The translations under genes and the position numbers were made by a program. The notes below the pieces were generated by a model. It searched no databases, was not told the origin of the DNA, and saw only the letters and a program-made list of their open reading frames with translations. Below, in pieces: positions 9,622 through 19,496 of a stretch of 64,000 bases of DNA. Source of the stretch: Minisyncoccota bacterium (GTDB lineage Bacteria > Patescibacteriota > Microgenomatia > UBA1400 > UBA12028); the NCBI GenBank assembly GCA_016211945.1, contig JACRHV010000003.1, positions 5,631-69,630 on the forward strand, written 5' to 3'. Within the stretch, counting starts at the first letter, position 1. Each line of letters opens with the position of its first letter.

Positions 9622-10362
9622 ATGAACACAGCACATATTCTTCAAGAGCAGGCAATCGCAGCGGCAGAGAAACAGAAATGGGATGACGCGGTTGAGGCAA
9701 ACTCCAAAATACTCGAGATAGAATCGACAAATATTTCCGCCATGAATAGGCTGGGATTCTGTTACCTCCAAAAGGGAGACAGGGCTAAAGCAAAGAAAAC
9801 ATACCAACGGGTTCTTGAAGTTGATCAATACAACGGCATTGCCAAAAAATACCTTACCCTACTCGCAAACAGTAAGGGAGTCATTCCCACGGCCATGGGT
9901 TCATTCCATGAAAATTTTATTGAAGAACCGGGGAAAACGAAGACCATCGCGTTATGTAGACTTGCCGATCCCTCGATACTTTCCGTGATGCCCGTTGCCA
10001 CGTCATGTAGACTTACCGTGAAACAGCACTGGATTGCGGTTGAGACGGACCGCGGAGCGTATCTTGGTTCTCTTCCAGATGACCTCTCGCACACATTATC
10101 GAAATTGATCAAGGGTGGAAATACATATAAAACCGTGATAAAAGCTGCGTCAAAAACTTCCTGTATAGTATTTATTAAAGAAGTCTCCCGATCGAAAAAA
10201 CAAGCGCACTTGAACTCGTTCCCCTCATTGTTGAATGCAAGAACTTCAGGAATTCATGAGGAGCTCCTCTTGGATAGTTCACCAGTTGACGTCTCGGAAA
10301 CCGGTCATGAACGCGAGATTGCAGACGATTTTGTTGATGATTTTACCGAAGACGCTTCGTAA
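9622..10362 (+). CDS. tetratricopeptide repeat protein
   Basis: TPR pattern AMNRLGFCYLQKGD...AKKTYQRVLEVD; FIEEPGKTK. Confidence 0.85.
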   Translation: MNTAHILQEQAIAAAEKQKWDDAVEANSKILEIESTNISAMNRLGFCYLQKGDRAKAKKTYQRVLEVDQYNGIAKKYLTLLANSKGVIPTAMGSFHENFIEEPGKTKTIALCRLADPSILSVMPVATSCRLTVKQHWIAVETDRGAYLGSLPDDLSHTLSKLIKGGNTYKTVIKAASKTSCIVFIKEVSRSKKQAHLNSFPSLLNARTSGIHEELLLDSSPVDVSETGHEREIADDFVDDFTEDAS

Positions 10363-11404
10363 AAAGTTGAGCGGTGTCGTTTCCCAAGAAAAGAACAAGA
10401 TCCGCCCGGTATTCAAGCGCATGCTGAGGACTTATGGTGGTCCGATTTCCCGGTATCAGCAGAATACGCTTGATCACATCTGCCGCATCTGATTGTACCG
10501 ATTCCTGCCCCTCCCCCTCCAAATTTGTTGTTTCTATAGGAAAAGCAGACTGCGTGATATTGACAACGTTGATGCCCATGTTTGCAAAAGCACGCGCAAC
10601 ACGAGAAGCCAATCGTTTTTCTGACGTTGTGTTCACAATCGCGACAGTTTTTGATTCTTTTCGCAAATCTGATTGCGCAAACAACTGAAGTATAAAGGGA
10701 TCGAGCTTGACGATATCGAGAAGATATCTCTGCTCTCCAGACACATTATCTCCCTTTTTTGCCATTCCAGATGACAAGAGGTCAATCACATCGAATTGAT
10801 CTTTTCTTAAAGAGGAGAGAACACGCCACATTTGATACCGATCAATATATGCCATGGAACTTTTTGCGCGAAACAGAAGTGTGTCTGCTTGGAGACGCTG
10901 AAGATCAGCAAGTGAGAATGTTAGAGATTGATTTGGGGTAACGATGAGGTCGTGAATATCTATGCCAAATTGAAACGCAAGTGTTTGAACCAAAAAACTG
11001 TGGGAGAGTTTTTCTAGGGCCGCAAGGCCGTAGAGCGATGATGATTTATATGGACCATATCCATAGAGCGTTTCAAGCGCAAGAGTGTCTGGAAGTTGGA
11101 GTAGGACCACTTTCCTTGACGGAAGTTCGTTCCGTACCATCACGATTGTGAGGTGTTTCGTTGTTTCATGTGGATCTCCTGAAATAATGAGAAAAGTGCG
11201 CTGTGATTTCCCATTCCATTGCGATTGAGCCATAAGAATGGCAGCAGAGCAAAGAAGTGCAAGAAACATCGTGAGAAACGCAAATACCCAACCTTTGCCC
11301 GGTAGAATATGACGAATATGCTCCACCTCCCTTTCCCGCATACGTTCCTGAAGACGACGTTGAGGATGTGGCGGATGGACAAGATGAATGTAATCGTGCA
11401 CCAT
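10343..11404 (-). CDS. membrane-anchored LytR C-terminal domain protein (LCP-like)
   Basis: Single TM; VAIVNTT..LASRVAR and ADLVLFLGND. Confidence 0.75.
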   Translation of the reverse strand: MVHDYIHLVHPPHPQRRLQERMREREVEHIRHILPGKGWVFAFLTMFLALLCSAAILMAQSQWNGKSQRTFLIISGDPHETTKHLTIVMVRNELPSRKVVLLQLPDTLALETLYGYGPYKSSSLYGLAALEKLSHSFLVQTLAFQFGIDIHDLIVTPNQSLTFSLADLQRLQADTLLFRAKSSMAYIDRYQMWRVLSSLRKDQFDVIDLLSSGMAKKGDNVSGEQRYLLDIVKLDPFILQLFAQSDLRKESKTVAIVNTTSEKRLASRVARAFANMGINVVNITQSAFPIETTNLEGEGQESVQSDAADVIKRILLIPGNRTTISPQHALEYRADLVLFLGNDTAQLFTKRLR

Positions 11405-11427
11405 AACAACGATCTATTATGACATCT

Positions 11428-12636
11428 TTATGATGAAAGAGTTGCGGTTTGAAGGTGTTCGGTTAATCGAATCATGAACCGAACATTATGTATGCTTGCC
11501 AACCGATAGTACAAAAGTTCTTTTGTAAGATATAAATGTCTAAGGTATGCGCGCGAAAATCCCTGTGTACATGTCCAACAATCACAGTCCTCTTGAATGG
11601 TCCCCGTGTCACGCGCCCACCGCGCATTACCGATCTGCAGTCTTCCTTTTGAAAACTCTGATGCAAAAGTCCAATCGGCAGGATTTGGTTGGTCAAGATG
11701 ATCTAAAACTCCGGAGTATAACGCACCGTTTCTCGCAAGTCGCGTTGGTGCAACACAATCGAACATATCGAATCCTGCGCGAACTGCATCCAGAATGTCC
11801 TGCGGATCACGACCTAATCCCATTGCGTATCGAGGTTTATCTTCCGGCAATAATGGACGAATCCAGTCCATAATCTCAAGAGTTCCCTGCATGTTATATC
11901 CTATCGTCTCCCCTCCTACCGCTACGCCATCAAATCCCATTCCTACAATGGCATGTGCGGACTCTTCACGAAGATTGCGATGCATCGCTCCTTGTACGAT
12001 ACCACAAAGCGCCTGGTACTGTCCGAGATTGCTCAATCGTTCGTGCTGCTCCCAATAGTCTTTGCACCGTTTTGCCCAAGCATGTGTTCGATTCAATGCC
12101 TCACGCGTATATGTTTCAGTAGCAGTATCTGGTGTACACTCGTCAAAAGCCATAACGATGTCGCTGTTCAGATTCCGTTGAATTTCTATCGCTTTTTCTG
12201 GTGTGAAAAAATGTTTTGATCCATCGAGATACGAGGAAAATTCCACCCCGTCATCAGTGATTTTACTCATGACCTTGGTTGGTGTGCGTTCGAGAAGACC
12301 GAGCTTTTGTTTCCCCTCAATCTGCTTTCCTAAGCTAAAGACTTGAAACCCGCCCGAGTCCGTCAATATTGGGCCATCCCAGTTCATGAACCGATGGAGG
12401 CCGGTGAGGTCTTTGATCAGTGAGTCACCGGGGCGAAGGTAGAGATGATACGTATTTGCGAGAATAATCTGCGCTTTTGAGTACAAAAGATCCTCGGGTG
12501 AGAGTGCCTTTACGGTTGCCTGCGTTCCCACTGGCATGTAGATTGGCGTTTTAAAGGTTCCGTGCGGTGTTGTGCATGTTGCAACACGCGCGTTTCCTTT
12601 TTTCTTCTGCAATGTAAATGAAAAAGGAGAGTTCAT
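11428..12636 (-). CDS. tgt: tRNA-guanine transglycosylase
   Basis: TPIYMPVGT, NTYHL, TDSGGFQVFSL, DMFDCV, CDCWTC...H zinc site; start 12636 chosen from promoter spacing. Confidence 0.97.
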   Translation of the reverse strand: MNSPFSFTLQKKKGNARVATCTTPHGTFKTPIYMPVGTQATVKALSPEDLLYSKAQIILANTYHLYLRPGDSLIKDLTGLHRFMNWDGPILTDSGGFQVFSLGKQIEGKQKLGLLERTPTKVMSKITDDGVEFSSYLDGSKHFFTPEKAIEIQRNLNSDIVMAFDECTPDTATETYTREALNRTHAWAKRCKDYWEQHERLSNLGQYQALCGIVQGAMHRNLREESAHAIVGMGFDGVAVGGETIGYNMQGTLEIMDWIRPLLPEDKPRYAMGLGRDPQDILDAVRAGFDMFDCVAPTRLARNGALYSGVLDHLDQPNPADWTFASEFSKGRLQIGNARWARDTGTIQEDCDCWTCTQGFSRAYLRHLYLTKELLYYRLASIHNVRFMIRLTEHLQTATLSS

Positions 12637-12640
12637 GCAG

Positions 12641-12654
12641 GTATTGTACAATAC
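12641..12654. promoter_or_regulatory. palindromic bidirectional -10 between tgt and queA
   Basis: Perfect palindrome GTATTGTACAATAC gives TACAAT on both strands. Confidence 0.65.
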
Positions 12655-12664
12655 ACCAGAGATT

Positions 12665-13750
12665 ATGGCGCTTCATCTTTCTGATTTTGATTATCATTTA
12701 CCACAAGAGCGTATTGCACAGATACCGATTCGTCCGCGCGATCAGAGCAAACTTCTTGTGGTTAACCGCAAAACCGGAACTTTGGACCATCACCATTTTT
12801 ACGACCTCTCTTCCCTTCTTACCGATCGCGATGTTCTCGTTCTCAATAACTCAAAAACTTTACCGATGCGCACATTTGGGAAGAAAATGACTGGCGGATC
12901 GATCGAGATTCTATTCTTGAAAAAAATTGCGCACGACATCTCCCATGAGACTTGGGAAGTATTAAGTCGTCCTGGGATAAAAAAGGGGCAGATCGTAAAG
13001 TTTTTTGAAGGTGAACGCGAACTTATGTCCCTAAAATGTTCCGGTGACGTAGGGTACGCCCGCATCGTTGATGTGTATCCCATGAACTGCACTGTTATTG
13101 AGGCGCTACATCGTATTGGACAGCTCCCTACTCCACATTACATTCATACACTCCTTTCCAATCCCGATGACTACCAAACCATCTATGCCAAACCCGAGGG
13201 CTCTGCTGCAACTCCAACCGCAGGATTGCACTTCACTCAATCTCTTTTTGACAAATTGGATAAGAAAGGTGTTCAGCGAATTGAGATCACCCTGCATGTT
13301 GGGCTTGGAACATTCTTGCCGGTGAAGGTAGACGACATAACCAAACACACCATGCACAAAGAATGGTTCATGCTCACAGCGAAACAGGCAGACCAACTTA
13401 ATACATATAAGCGAGAGGGTCGACGCATCATCGCCGTTGGAACAACATCCTCTCGAGTATTGGAAAGTTGCTCTGTGTGGAACGAGAAAGAACAACGACA
13501 TATGCTTCAATCACAAACAGGTGAAACGCAAGCGTTTTTCTACCCACCATATCGATTCAAGTATGTTGATGCGCTCATCACAAACTTCCACCTACCTAAA
13601 TCCACGCTCTTGATGCTTCTTTCAGCGTTTTGTGCACAAAACCAACCATTCATATCATTTCAAGAGTCGATGGCAGGAAAGGCGTATACAGAGGCAATCA
13701 AAGAAGGGTATCGATTCTTTTCATTCGGCGATGCGATGTTTATTGAGTAG
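12665..13750 (+). CDS. queA: SAM:tRNA ribosyltransferase-isomerase
   Basis: FDYHLPQERIAQ, PTAGLHF, LHVGLGTF, TNFHLPKSTL, YRFFSFGDAM. Confidence 0.97.
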   Translation: MALHLSDFDYHLPQERIAQIPIRPRDQSKLLVVNRKTGTLDHHHFYDLSSLLTDRDVLVLNNSKTLPMRTFGKKMTGGSIEILFLKKIAHDISHETWEVLSRPGIKKGQIVKFFEGERELMSLKCSGDVGYARIVDVYPMNCTVIEALHRIGQLPTPHYIHTLLSNPDDYQTIYAKPEGSAATPTAGLHFTQSLFDKLDKKGVQRIEITLHVGLGTFLPVKVDDITKHTMHKEWFMLTAKQADQLNTYKREGRRIIAVGTTSSRVLESCSVWNEKEQRHMLQSQTGETQAFFYPPYRFKYVDALITNFHLPKSTLLMLLSAFCAQNQPFISFQESMAGKAYTEAIKEGYRFFSFGDAMFIE

Positions 13751-13770
13751 ATCCAGTATAATACCTCATC

Positions 13771-14688
13771 ATGCTATCCCAGCGCGTAGAAGATCATCTC
13801 AAACTGGTGTTACAACACCTCTACATTAATCCTCTGGAAAGATGCAACCTAAAATGCAAGATTTGTTACACAAGAAAAACGAGTCCTATTTTGCCGATGG
13901 AAACTATTGTGGCGTTTGTTGATGCGTATCAAAAAGTACAACTACTTACCACCATCACATTTTGCGGTGGTGAGGTGTTCGCACTTGAGTATTTTCCGAG
14001 TTTGGTGAATACCATGACTCATCGTGGGATTTTTGTGCAGGTCATCACAAACGGCACCATTGATCAACTTGACAAGATCACTCATCCCAACAATGTAAAT
14101 CTTATTGTTTCTTTGGACGGGATTGAGTCACACCATGATGCAAATCGCGGTGCCGGAAATTTTCGCAAAAGCATAAGCTTTATGCAAAAAGCGCATCGCC
14201 TCGGATTTCATCTTGATGTTTTTTCTATCGTACACAAGAACAATCTTGGATCGCTCGATCAATTTGAGTCTCTCTTGCAAAAAGAACTTGGATTTCTTCC
14301 AACCGTTACCTATCATCCGAGAAAGCCGCCCACATATCTCAATGCGCATCCTATTTCAAATATTTTCGGCGAGACTCGAGAATTCGATTTTCTAACAAAA
14401 CAAGAAATAATAGAACTCATGAAAACGCGCAACGTGTTTCCGCCAAAAGATTTAGGATGTTACCAAATTGCGGTTGCCTCAGACGGAAAGGTGTATGGGT
14501 GCTGCGAAGGAACACTCCCCTTAGGAACACTACACAATACACCAAACGAACTTATTGAGGCGCTTCGCGCTCGATTGGATGTGTGGTCACAAACCGATAT
14601 GACGATTGGATGTTTGGGGTGCAGTCAACATGAGTTCATGTGCGGTATAAAAGAATATCTCGTCGAGCTTGCTAAGATAGATTCTTGA
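13771..14688 (+). CDS. radical SAM protein with SPASM-like C-terminus
   Basis: CNLKCKIC, GGE, SLDG; CYQ..DGKVYGCC..CLGC..CG. Confidence 0.9.
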   Translation: MLSQRVEDHLKLVLQHLYINPLERCNLKCKICYTRKTSPILPMETIVAFVDAYQKVQLLTTITFCGGEVFALEYFPSLVNTMTHRGIFVQVITNGTIDQLDKITHPNNVNLIVSLDGIESHHDANRGAGNFRKSISFMQKAHRLGFHLDVFSIVHKNNLGSLDQFESLLQKELGFLPTVTYHPRKPPTYLNAHPISNIFGETREFDFLTKQEIIELMKTRNVFPPKDLGCYQIAVASDGKVYGCCEGTLPLGTLHNTPNELIEALRARLDVWSQTDMTIGCLGCSQHEFMCGIKEYLVELAKIDS

Positions 14689-14689
14689 T

Positions 14690-15676
14690 ATGAACACACA
14701 TTCAACACTTCAACCCATGCTCGTTCGCGAAAATATGATTCGCGATATTCGTGCGTTCTTTGGAAAACATCATTTCCATGAGGTTATTGTACCGGTATTT
14801 CAAACTGGAGTGCCACTAGAGCCAACAATCTCCCCATTTTCCACAACTTGGTCAATGTTTGATAAGAAGCAAACGCTTTATCTTTCCACCTCTCCAGAAC
14901 GGTATCTCAAAAAAATGTTGTCACGCGAACTGGGAAATTGCTATGCTATCGGACACACATTTCGCAACCTTGAACATATCGGCCCCTACCATCACCCCGA
15001 GTTCCTCATGCTCGAATGGTATCGAGAACAAGCGGATTTTCATCAGATTATGGATGATGTTGAACACCTTATGCATTCCCTTGTGCCTTCTGGATCATTC
15101 CACTACCAAGGGCAAACATATTCTCTTCAAAATTCATTTCCTCGTCTCTCTTTGGAGAAACTTTTTCTTGAATACGTTGGGATAAAATTAGCTGAAGTTC
15201 TTACTGATAAAAAGATGCAATCGTTTGTAAAAAAACGCGGATATGCTGTACAGAATGCAACTTGGGAACAACTCTTCCACCAGATTATGATCCAAGAACT
15301 TGAGCCTCATTTTCCAAAGGAACCATTTTTTCTCCTTGATTTCCCTGCACGCCTTTCTCCATTGTGCAAACGGAATGAAAAAAAATCGTACTTAGCAGAT
15401 CGATTTGAGTTTTTTATTGCAGGAATCGAGATTGGCAACGGTAATACTGAAGAGACTGATCGCGCACGTATTCTAAATGGATTCCAAGAAGAGCTCCTTT
15501 ATCGGAGAAAAACAAACCAACTCTCTATACCTATTGATGAAGAATTTCTTCAGAATATTCATGCTTTAACTCATGGGCCTTATGCCGGAATTGGACTAGG
15601 AATAGATCGGTTAGCGATGATCATGGCTGATGTTGCGGATATCCATGCATTTGAAGTAGACTACCATCATGCTTAG
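14690..15676 (+). CDS. epmA: EF-P lysine ligase (EpmA/GenX/PoxA)
   Basis: LysRS catalytic domain without anticodon domain: YLSTSPE, FRN.E, HHPEFLMLEWY, RFEFFIAGIEIGNG, GLGIDRL. Confidence 0.9.
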   Translation: MNTHSTLQPMLVRENMIRDIRAFFGKHHFHEVIVPVFQTGVPLEPTISPFSTTWSMFDKKQTLYLSTSPERYLKKMLSRELGNCYAIGHTFRNLEHIGPYHHPEFLMLEWYREQADFHQIMDDVEHLMHSLVPSGSFHYQGQTYSLQNSFPRLSLEKLFLEYVGIKLAEVLTDKKMQSFVKKRGYAVQNATWEQLFHQIMIQELEPHFPKEPFFLLDFPARLSPLCKRNEKKSYLADRFEFFIAGIEIGNGNTEETDRARILNGFQEELLYRRKTNQLSIPIDEEFLQNIHALTHGPYAGIGLGIDRLAMIMADVADIHAFEVDYHHA

Positions 15677-16529
15677 TTGGCAGCTTCTCATTACCATTAA
15701 CGTTGTTTTTTACTCGATTTCTACCCTCCTTCAGCGCGTTGTTTTGAAGGAAAATCAAAGTAGACCAATTGCGTTTGCAATATTTTTTCAATGCATGGTC
15801 GGACTATTCATCGGGGTTGCTGGATTATTTACAGGTCAAATGCAGATCCCATCCTCAATAATGCAAATGCTTCCCAACCTCCTCCTTATGACCATCATGT
15901 ATGCCGTTTTTAATATTTTGACCTTCTCCGCGCTCAAATATACCGAGGCCTCGCTCTTTACTATCATTCTCGCCTCACGCGCGTTCTTCACAATTGCTGC
16001 ATCAACATTTTTTCTCAAAGAATCGTTAACTATGTTCCAAATTGTAGGTACATGCTTTATTATTTTTGGGATTATTGTTGCGAATCTCCATGGCGCAAAA
16101 CAGATAAAAATTGGTAAGGGAGAAATATTCGCTGGTCTTGCGGCGCTATTTCTTGGGTTAGCAAACACGAATGACAGAATAATCCTCCAATCAATTCCGC
16201 TCTATCCGTTCCTCACTATGGCCTTTCTCCTCCCCGCCATCATAACGGCCGCGGTCTTTCCGCGTGAAGTTCCACATATCATAATGTTTTTTAATAAAAC
16301 GATCATCATAAAAACAATGAGTGTTGCTCTTTTCTATGGTCTTGCTGCAACCACGTTTTTTGCAGGCCTTCAAGCAACGACAAACTCATCACAGTTTGCG
16401 ACCATTAGCCTTACAAGCACAATTCTCATCGTGATCCTCTCGATGGTATTGTTGAAAGAACGTGATAACCTCTGGAAAAAAATTGCGGGAACTGGATTGA
16501 GTTTTCTCGGGCTACTTTTGATGCGGTAG
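15669..16529 (+). CDS. EamA/DMT family transporter
   Basis: About 10 TMs, two repeats ending FLKE/LLKE; overlaps epmA stop. Confidence 0.85.
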   Translation: MLSWQLLITINVVFYSISTLLQRVVLKENQSRPIAFAIFFQCMVGLFIGVAGLFTGQMQIPSSIMQMLPNLLLMTIMYAVFNILTFSALKYTEASLFTIILASRAFFTIAASTFFLKESLTMFQIVGTCFIIFGIIVANLHGAKQIKIGKGEIFAGLAALFLGLANTNDRIILQSIPLYPFLTMAFLLPAIITAAVFPREVPHIIMFFNKTIIIKTMSVALFYGLAATTFFAGLQATTNSSQFATISLTSTILIVILSMVLLKERDNLWKKIAGTGLSFLGLLLMR

Positions 16530-16964
16530 CGTCAAAACTTCTTTGTACTTCGCCATAAAATACTTGAACTGCGAATGTCTCGGGTTTGGAAGCGTATCAA
16601 ACGTAAACCACTCGACTGCATCCATTTTATGTGGTTCTGCATTTTTAACTTGGACTGGGTCAACCAACACCTTGAAGTCTAACGTAATCCAGTGTGTTTT
16701 CTTGTTATCAAATTCTCGATGAACATCGCGATATCCCAAGAACTCGAATGAGAGAATTGTTGTCCCATATTCCTCTTTTACTTCTTTACGCAGGGCATCT
16801 TCTACGGTCATTCCAACGTCTAACGCGCCGCCACCAATCTCCCATCTCCCCTGTTCATCCCGACAGTTTTTTCCGCGTTTGTTCATAATAAAATTTCCGC
16901 GACCATCGTGACAATAAAAAACAATGGAAATACCGACAAAATCCTCACCCGCCTTACCTGCCAT
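16512..16964 (-). CDS. NUDIX hydrolase
   Basis: Nudix box GGALDVGMTVEDALRKEVKEEYG; EPHK. Confidence 0.9.
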   Translation of the reverse strand: MAGKAGEDFVGISIVFYCHDGRGNFIMNKRGKNCRDEQGRWEIGGGALDVGMTVEDALRKEVKEEYGTTILSFEFLGYRDVHREFDNKKTHWITLDFKVLVDPVQVKNAEPHKMDAVEWFTFDTLPNPRHSQFKYFMAKYKEVLTLPHQK

Positions 16965-18201
16965 ATGTTCGAACTTCCTTCTCAAACTCGTCCCCTTTTT
17001 CTTCAAAATTCTTCCACAATGTGTAACTTGGGCTTGCGCATGAAAGTAAACAAATTTTTCCTTTTTCCGTGTGTTTGTATGCAAATGCAACGGCGTCTTT
17101 CATGCGTGTTGTTTCGAGGATGGTAAAAGTACGGTTACATTTTTTTTCTAGTATTTCTCGTATTTTTGCGCCGGTTTCTGGGAAAAATACAATGTTACGA
17201 ATAGTTGAAGCACATATCGCCTCAACCAAACTCGAAAAATTGAGTCCACGATCTGTTCCACCCAAGAAAATCGTGTCAACATCACGGAGTGTTTCTATTG
17301 CGGCAATTGTTGGCTCGGGTGCAGTTGCAATGGCATCGTCATAGAACGTCATTCCATTGTAAACTCCAATATTTTGGAGGCGGTGTGGGAGTGGAACAAA
17401 CTGCTCAATTGCCTTTTTTTGTACATCAACAGGCACATCAAACAGACGAGCAACGGTACATACCATACGAATATTCTGTTCATTATGTTTTCCTTTAAGT
17501 GCAACATTGTCTAAAGAAAACGGCAGCGTTGCGATACATGGAATACTTTTTGCTTTTGTTTGGTCGGCGAGTTTTGCAATTTCATTATGGTCGCTGTCGT
17601 ACACAAACACATCGTCTTTTTTCGCGTGGAGTGCAATCTGTGATTTTGCTCGAAGATATGCCTGCATGCTTCCGTGATAATCCAGATGTTCCGGAAAAAT
17701 GTTCAAAAATACCGAGATGTTCGGCGAGTACTGGAGATCTTCCAGCATATAGCTCGACATTTCGATAACAAAAATAGTGTTTTCTTTGGGTGGCTTGAGC
17801 AACTCCGAAAGAAGCGGGATACCGATATTCCCCGCCAACCGCACGGACAATCCCGCAGTCTTCAATACAGAGAAAAGAAGCGATGTTGTGGTACTTTTTC
17901 CTTTACTCCCGGTAATTCCAATCGTTCTGTTGTTTGGAACTAGATCGCGAACATTTGCAAAAAAAATATTTGTCGCGGTTGTGTATGGAACCTTCACCAA
18001 CCGCCTCGGCAATCCCGCAGTCTTTATGACAAGATCAGCTTCGTACTGTTTCTTCAAATAGTCTTTGTTGTCAGTTTGGTCGGCATGAAAAACCTCAACA
18101 TTTGGGACATACTTCTGCAAAAAAGATTCTGTTGCTTTTCCTTCCCTCCCATATCCTAAGAGAAGAATGCGACGATATTTTTTTAGATCGGCTATGGTCA
18201 T
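16954..18201 (-). CDS. murD: MurD-family ligase, likely MurD2 (L-Glu adding)
   Basis: GITGSKGKSTT, GNIG, EMSSY, EHLDYHG, LPHRL, LLSCASPSY; adjacent to murL. Confidence 0.9.
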   Translation of the reverse strand: MTIADLKKYRRILLLGYGREGKATESFLQKYVPNVEVFHADQTDNKDYLKKQYEADLVIKTAGLPRRLVKVPYTTATNIFFANVRDLVPNNRTIGITGSKGKSTTTSLLFSVLKTAGLSVRLAGNIGIPLLSELLKPPKENTIFVIEMSSYMLEDLQYSPNISVFLNIFPEHLDYHGSMQAYLRAKSQIALHAKKDDVFVYDSDHNEIAKLADQTKAKSIPCIATLPFSLDNVALKGKHNEQNIRMVCTVARLFDVPVDVQKKAIEQFVPLPHRLQNIGVYNGMTFYDDAIATAPEPTIAAIETLRDVDTIFLGGTDRGLNFSSLVEAICASTIRNIVFFPETGAKIREILEKKCNRTFTILETTRMKDAVAFAYKHTEKGKICLLSCASPSYTLWKNFEEKGDEFEKEVRTYGR

Positions 18202-19469
18202 ACTGCGTCTCCGCTTACTTGCATATACATCTGCATAACGGGATCGTCCGCATACTCACCGTGCTGTCGTGCGAGATCAAACGCGCGTTTTTCCTCCTGT
18301 GGCGTACCCACACATTCGAATGGCTTCACACTTTCTACCCCCAAGAGCTGTTTATAAAGCGGAATCAGTGTAGCATCCGCATACATGTTTTTCCCCACAA
18401 TCCCCACAACTTTTTCTTTGGGAAGATACGCCGCCAATGTGCTGAATACGAATGCGCATTTTGGACATGTGCCGCACCACAATGAACCGTTTGTATTTTT
18501 GCTGCCCGTGATCGCAAAATTCCTATTACAACTCGAAAAATAGTGAAAGTATTGTGGATACTGAACAAACCGTTTCACAATCTCAAGCTCGTCGTATGTT
18601 CGTAATAAGGAATATGCGCGAATATTCGGTGTTATCCACTGCTCAATATAGGCATCAAGCAACGACTCAAACTCTTCCGATTTACTCCACTGGTGGTTTA
18701 TCTCATCCCCCAAATACGCAGCGTTTCCATAGTTCGCACTGCGCTCGTTTGAAAGAATGACTGCGGAGTCGCCACGGACTGCTGCAACAAAAAGCGTAAT
18801 AAAGGTGTAGATCGCTGTCATAGGAACGTGGCCCGTGTATACATGTTTTTCTCTTGAGAGATCAAGCATTTTTTGATCGAGTTTTCGCCGAACAATGATT
18901 GGCGTTTTTTCGAGTAACTCTGCGATTTTTTCATGCAATGGAGTTGGGTTTAAAACAAAAATGTCGAACTGCTTGTGATCTTTTTTCAATAGTTCCGCAG
19001 ACACAATGGAGTCTTTTCCCCCACCCATCGGGAGGAGAACATTCCCTGATGTTTGTAGCGAAACAGGCCGTGGCTTTTTGTTTTCAACAGATGGAAACTG
19101 GACCAAATCGCGATAATCAATTGCGTTTGTGTAGAAAAACTCTCCTAACCCTTTGGTATATACCGTGTTCCAAAACTGCGCTTGATCTTGGGAAAGATCG
19201 TATTCTTGAATCTGTATTTTTCGAGGACAGTACATCTTCCAATAACTTATTCCGAGGATGAGATGGAGAGACTGAAGAAAAGGTTCGAGTATACTGGGGT
19301 CTACAGAGTCTAAAGAGAGAGACGGAAATGTAAGTATCTCCACATATTCCTTGAATTTCTCATCCTCCATCTGAACACCATAGTAGAAAGTACATGTCCG
19401 CGTTTCTTGATCAAATGCATACCGAGAAAACACAAAAGTTGAAGCGTGTGGAATCACCATATCCCCCAT
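18198..19469 (-). CDS. murL: UDP-MurNAc-L-Ala-L-Glu epimerase
   Basis: GGGKDS, GHVP, NHQWSKS, SSCN, WCGTCPKC, KPFECVG. Confidence 0.88.
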   Translation of the reverse strand: MGDMVIPHASTFVFSRYAFDQETRTCTFYYGVQMEDEKFKEYVEILTFPSLSLDSVDPSILEPFLQSLHLILGISYWKMYCPRKIQIQEYDLSQDQAQFWNTVYTKGLGEFFYTNAIDYRDLVQFPSVENKKPRPVSLQTSGNVLLPMGGGKDSIVSAELLKKDHKQFDIFVLNPTPLHEKIAELLEKTPIIVRRKLDQKMLDLSREKHVYTGHVPMTAIYTFITLFVAAVRGDSAVILSNERSANYGNAAYLGDEINHQWSKSEEFESLLDAYIEQWITPNIRAYSLLRTYDELEIVKRFVQYPQYFHYFSSCNRNFAITGSKNTNGSLWCGTCPKCAFVFSTLAAYLPKEKVVGIVGKNMYADATLIPLYKQLLGVESVKPFECVGTPQEEKRAFDLARQHGEYADDPVMQMYMQVSGDAV

Positions 19470-19496
19470 TTTACTGCGTTTTTACGCGAAAGACGA

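Noticed and set aside
13771-14688. Calling the radical SAM protein EpmB or QueE
   Set aside because: It lacks the aminomutase N-terminal region and motifs, and has SPASM-like Cys not found in QueE.
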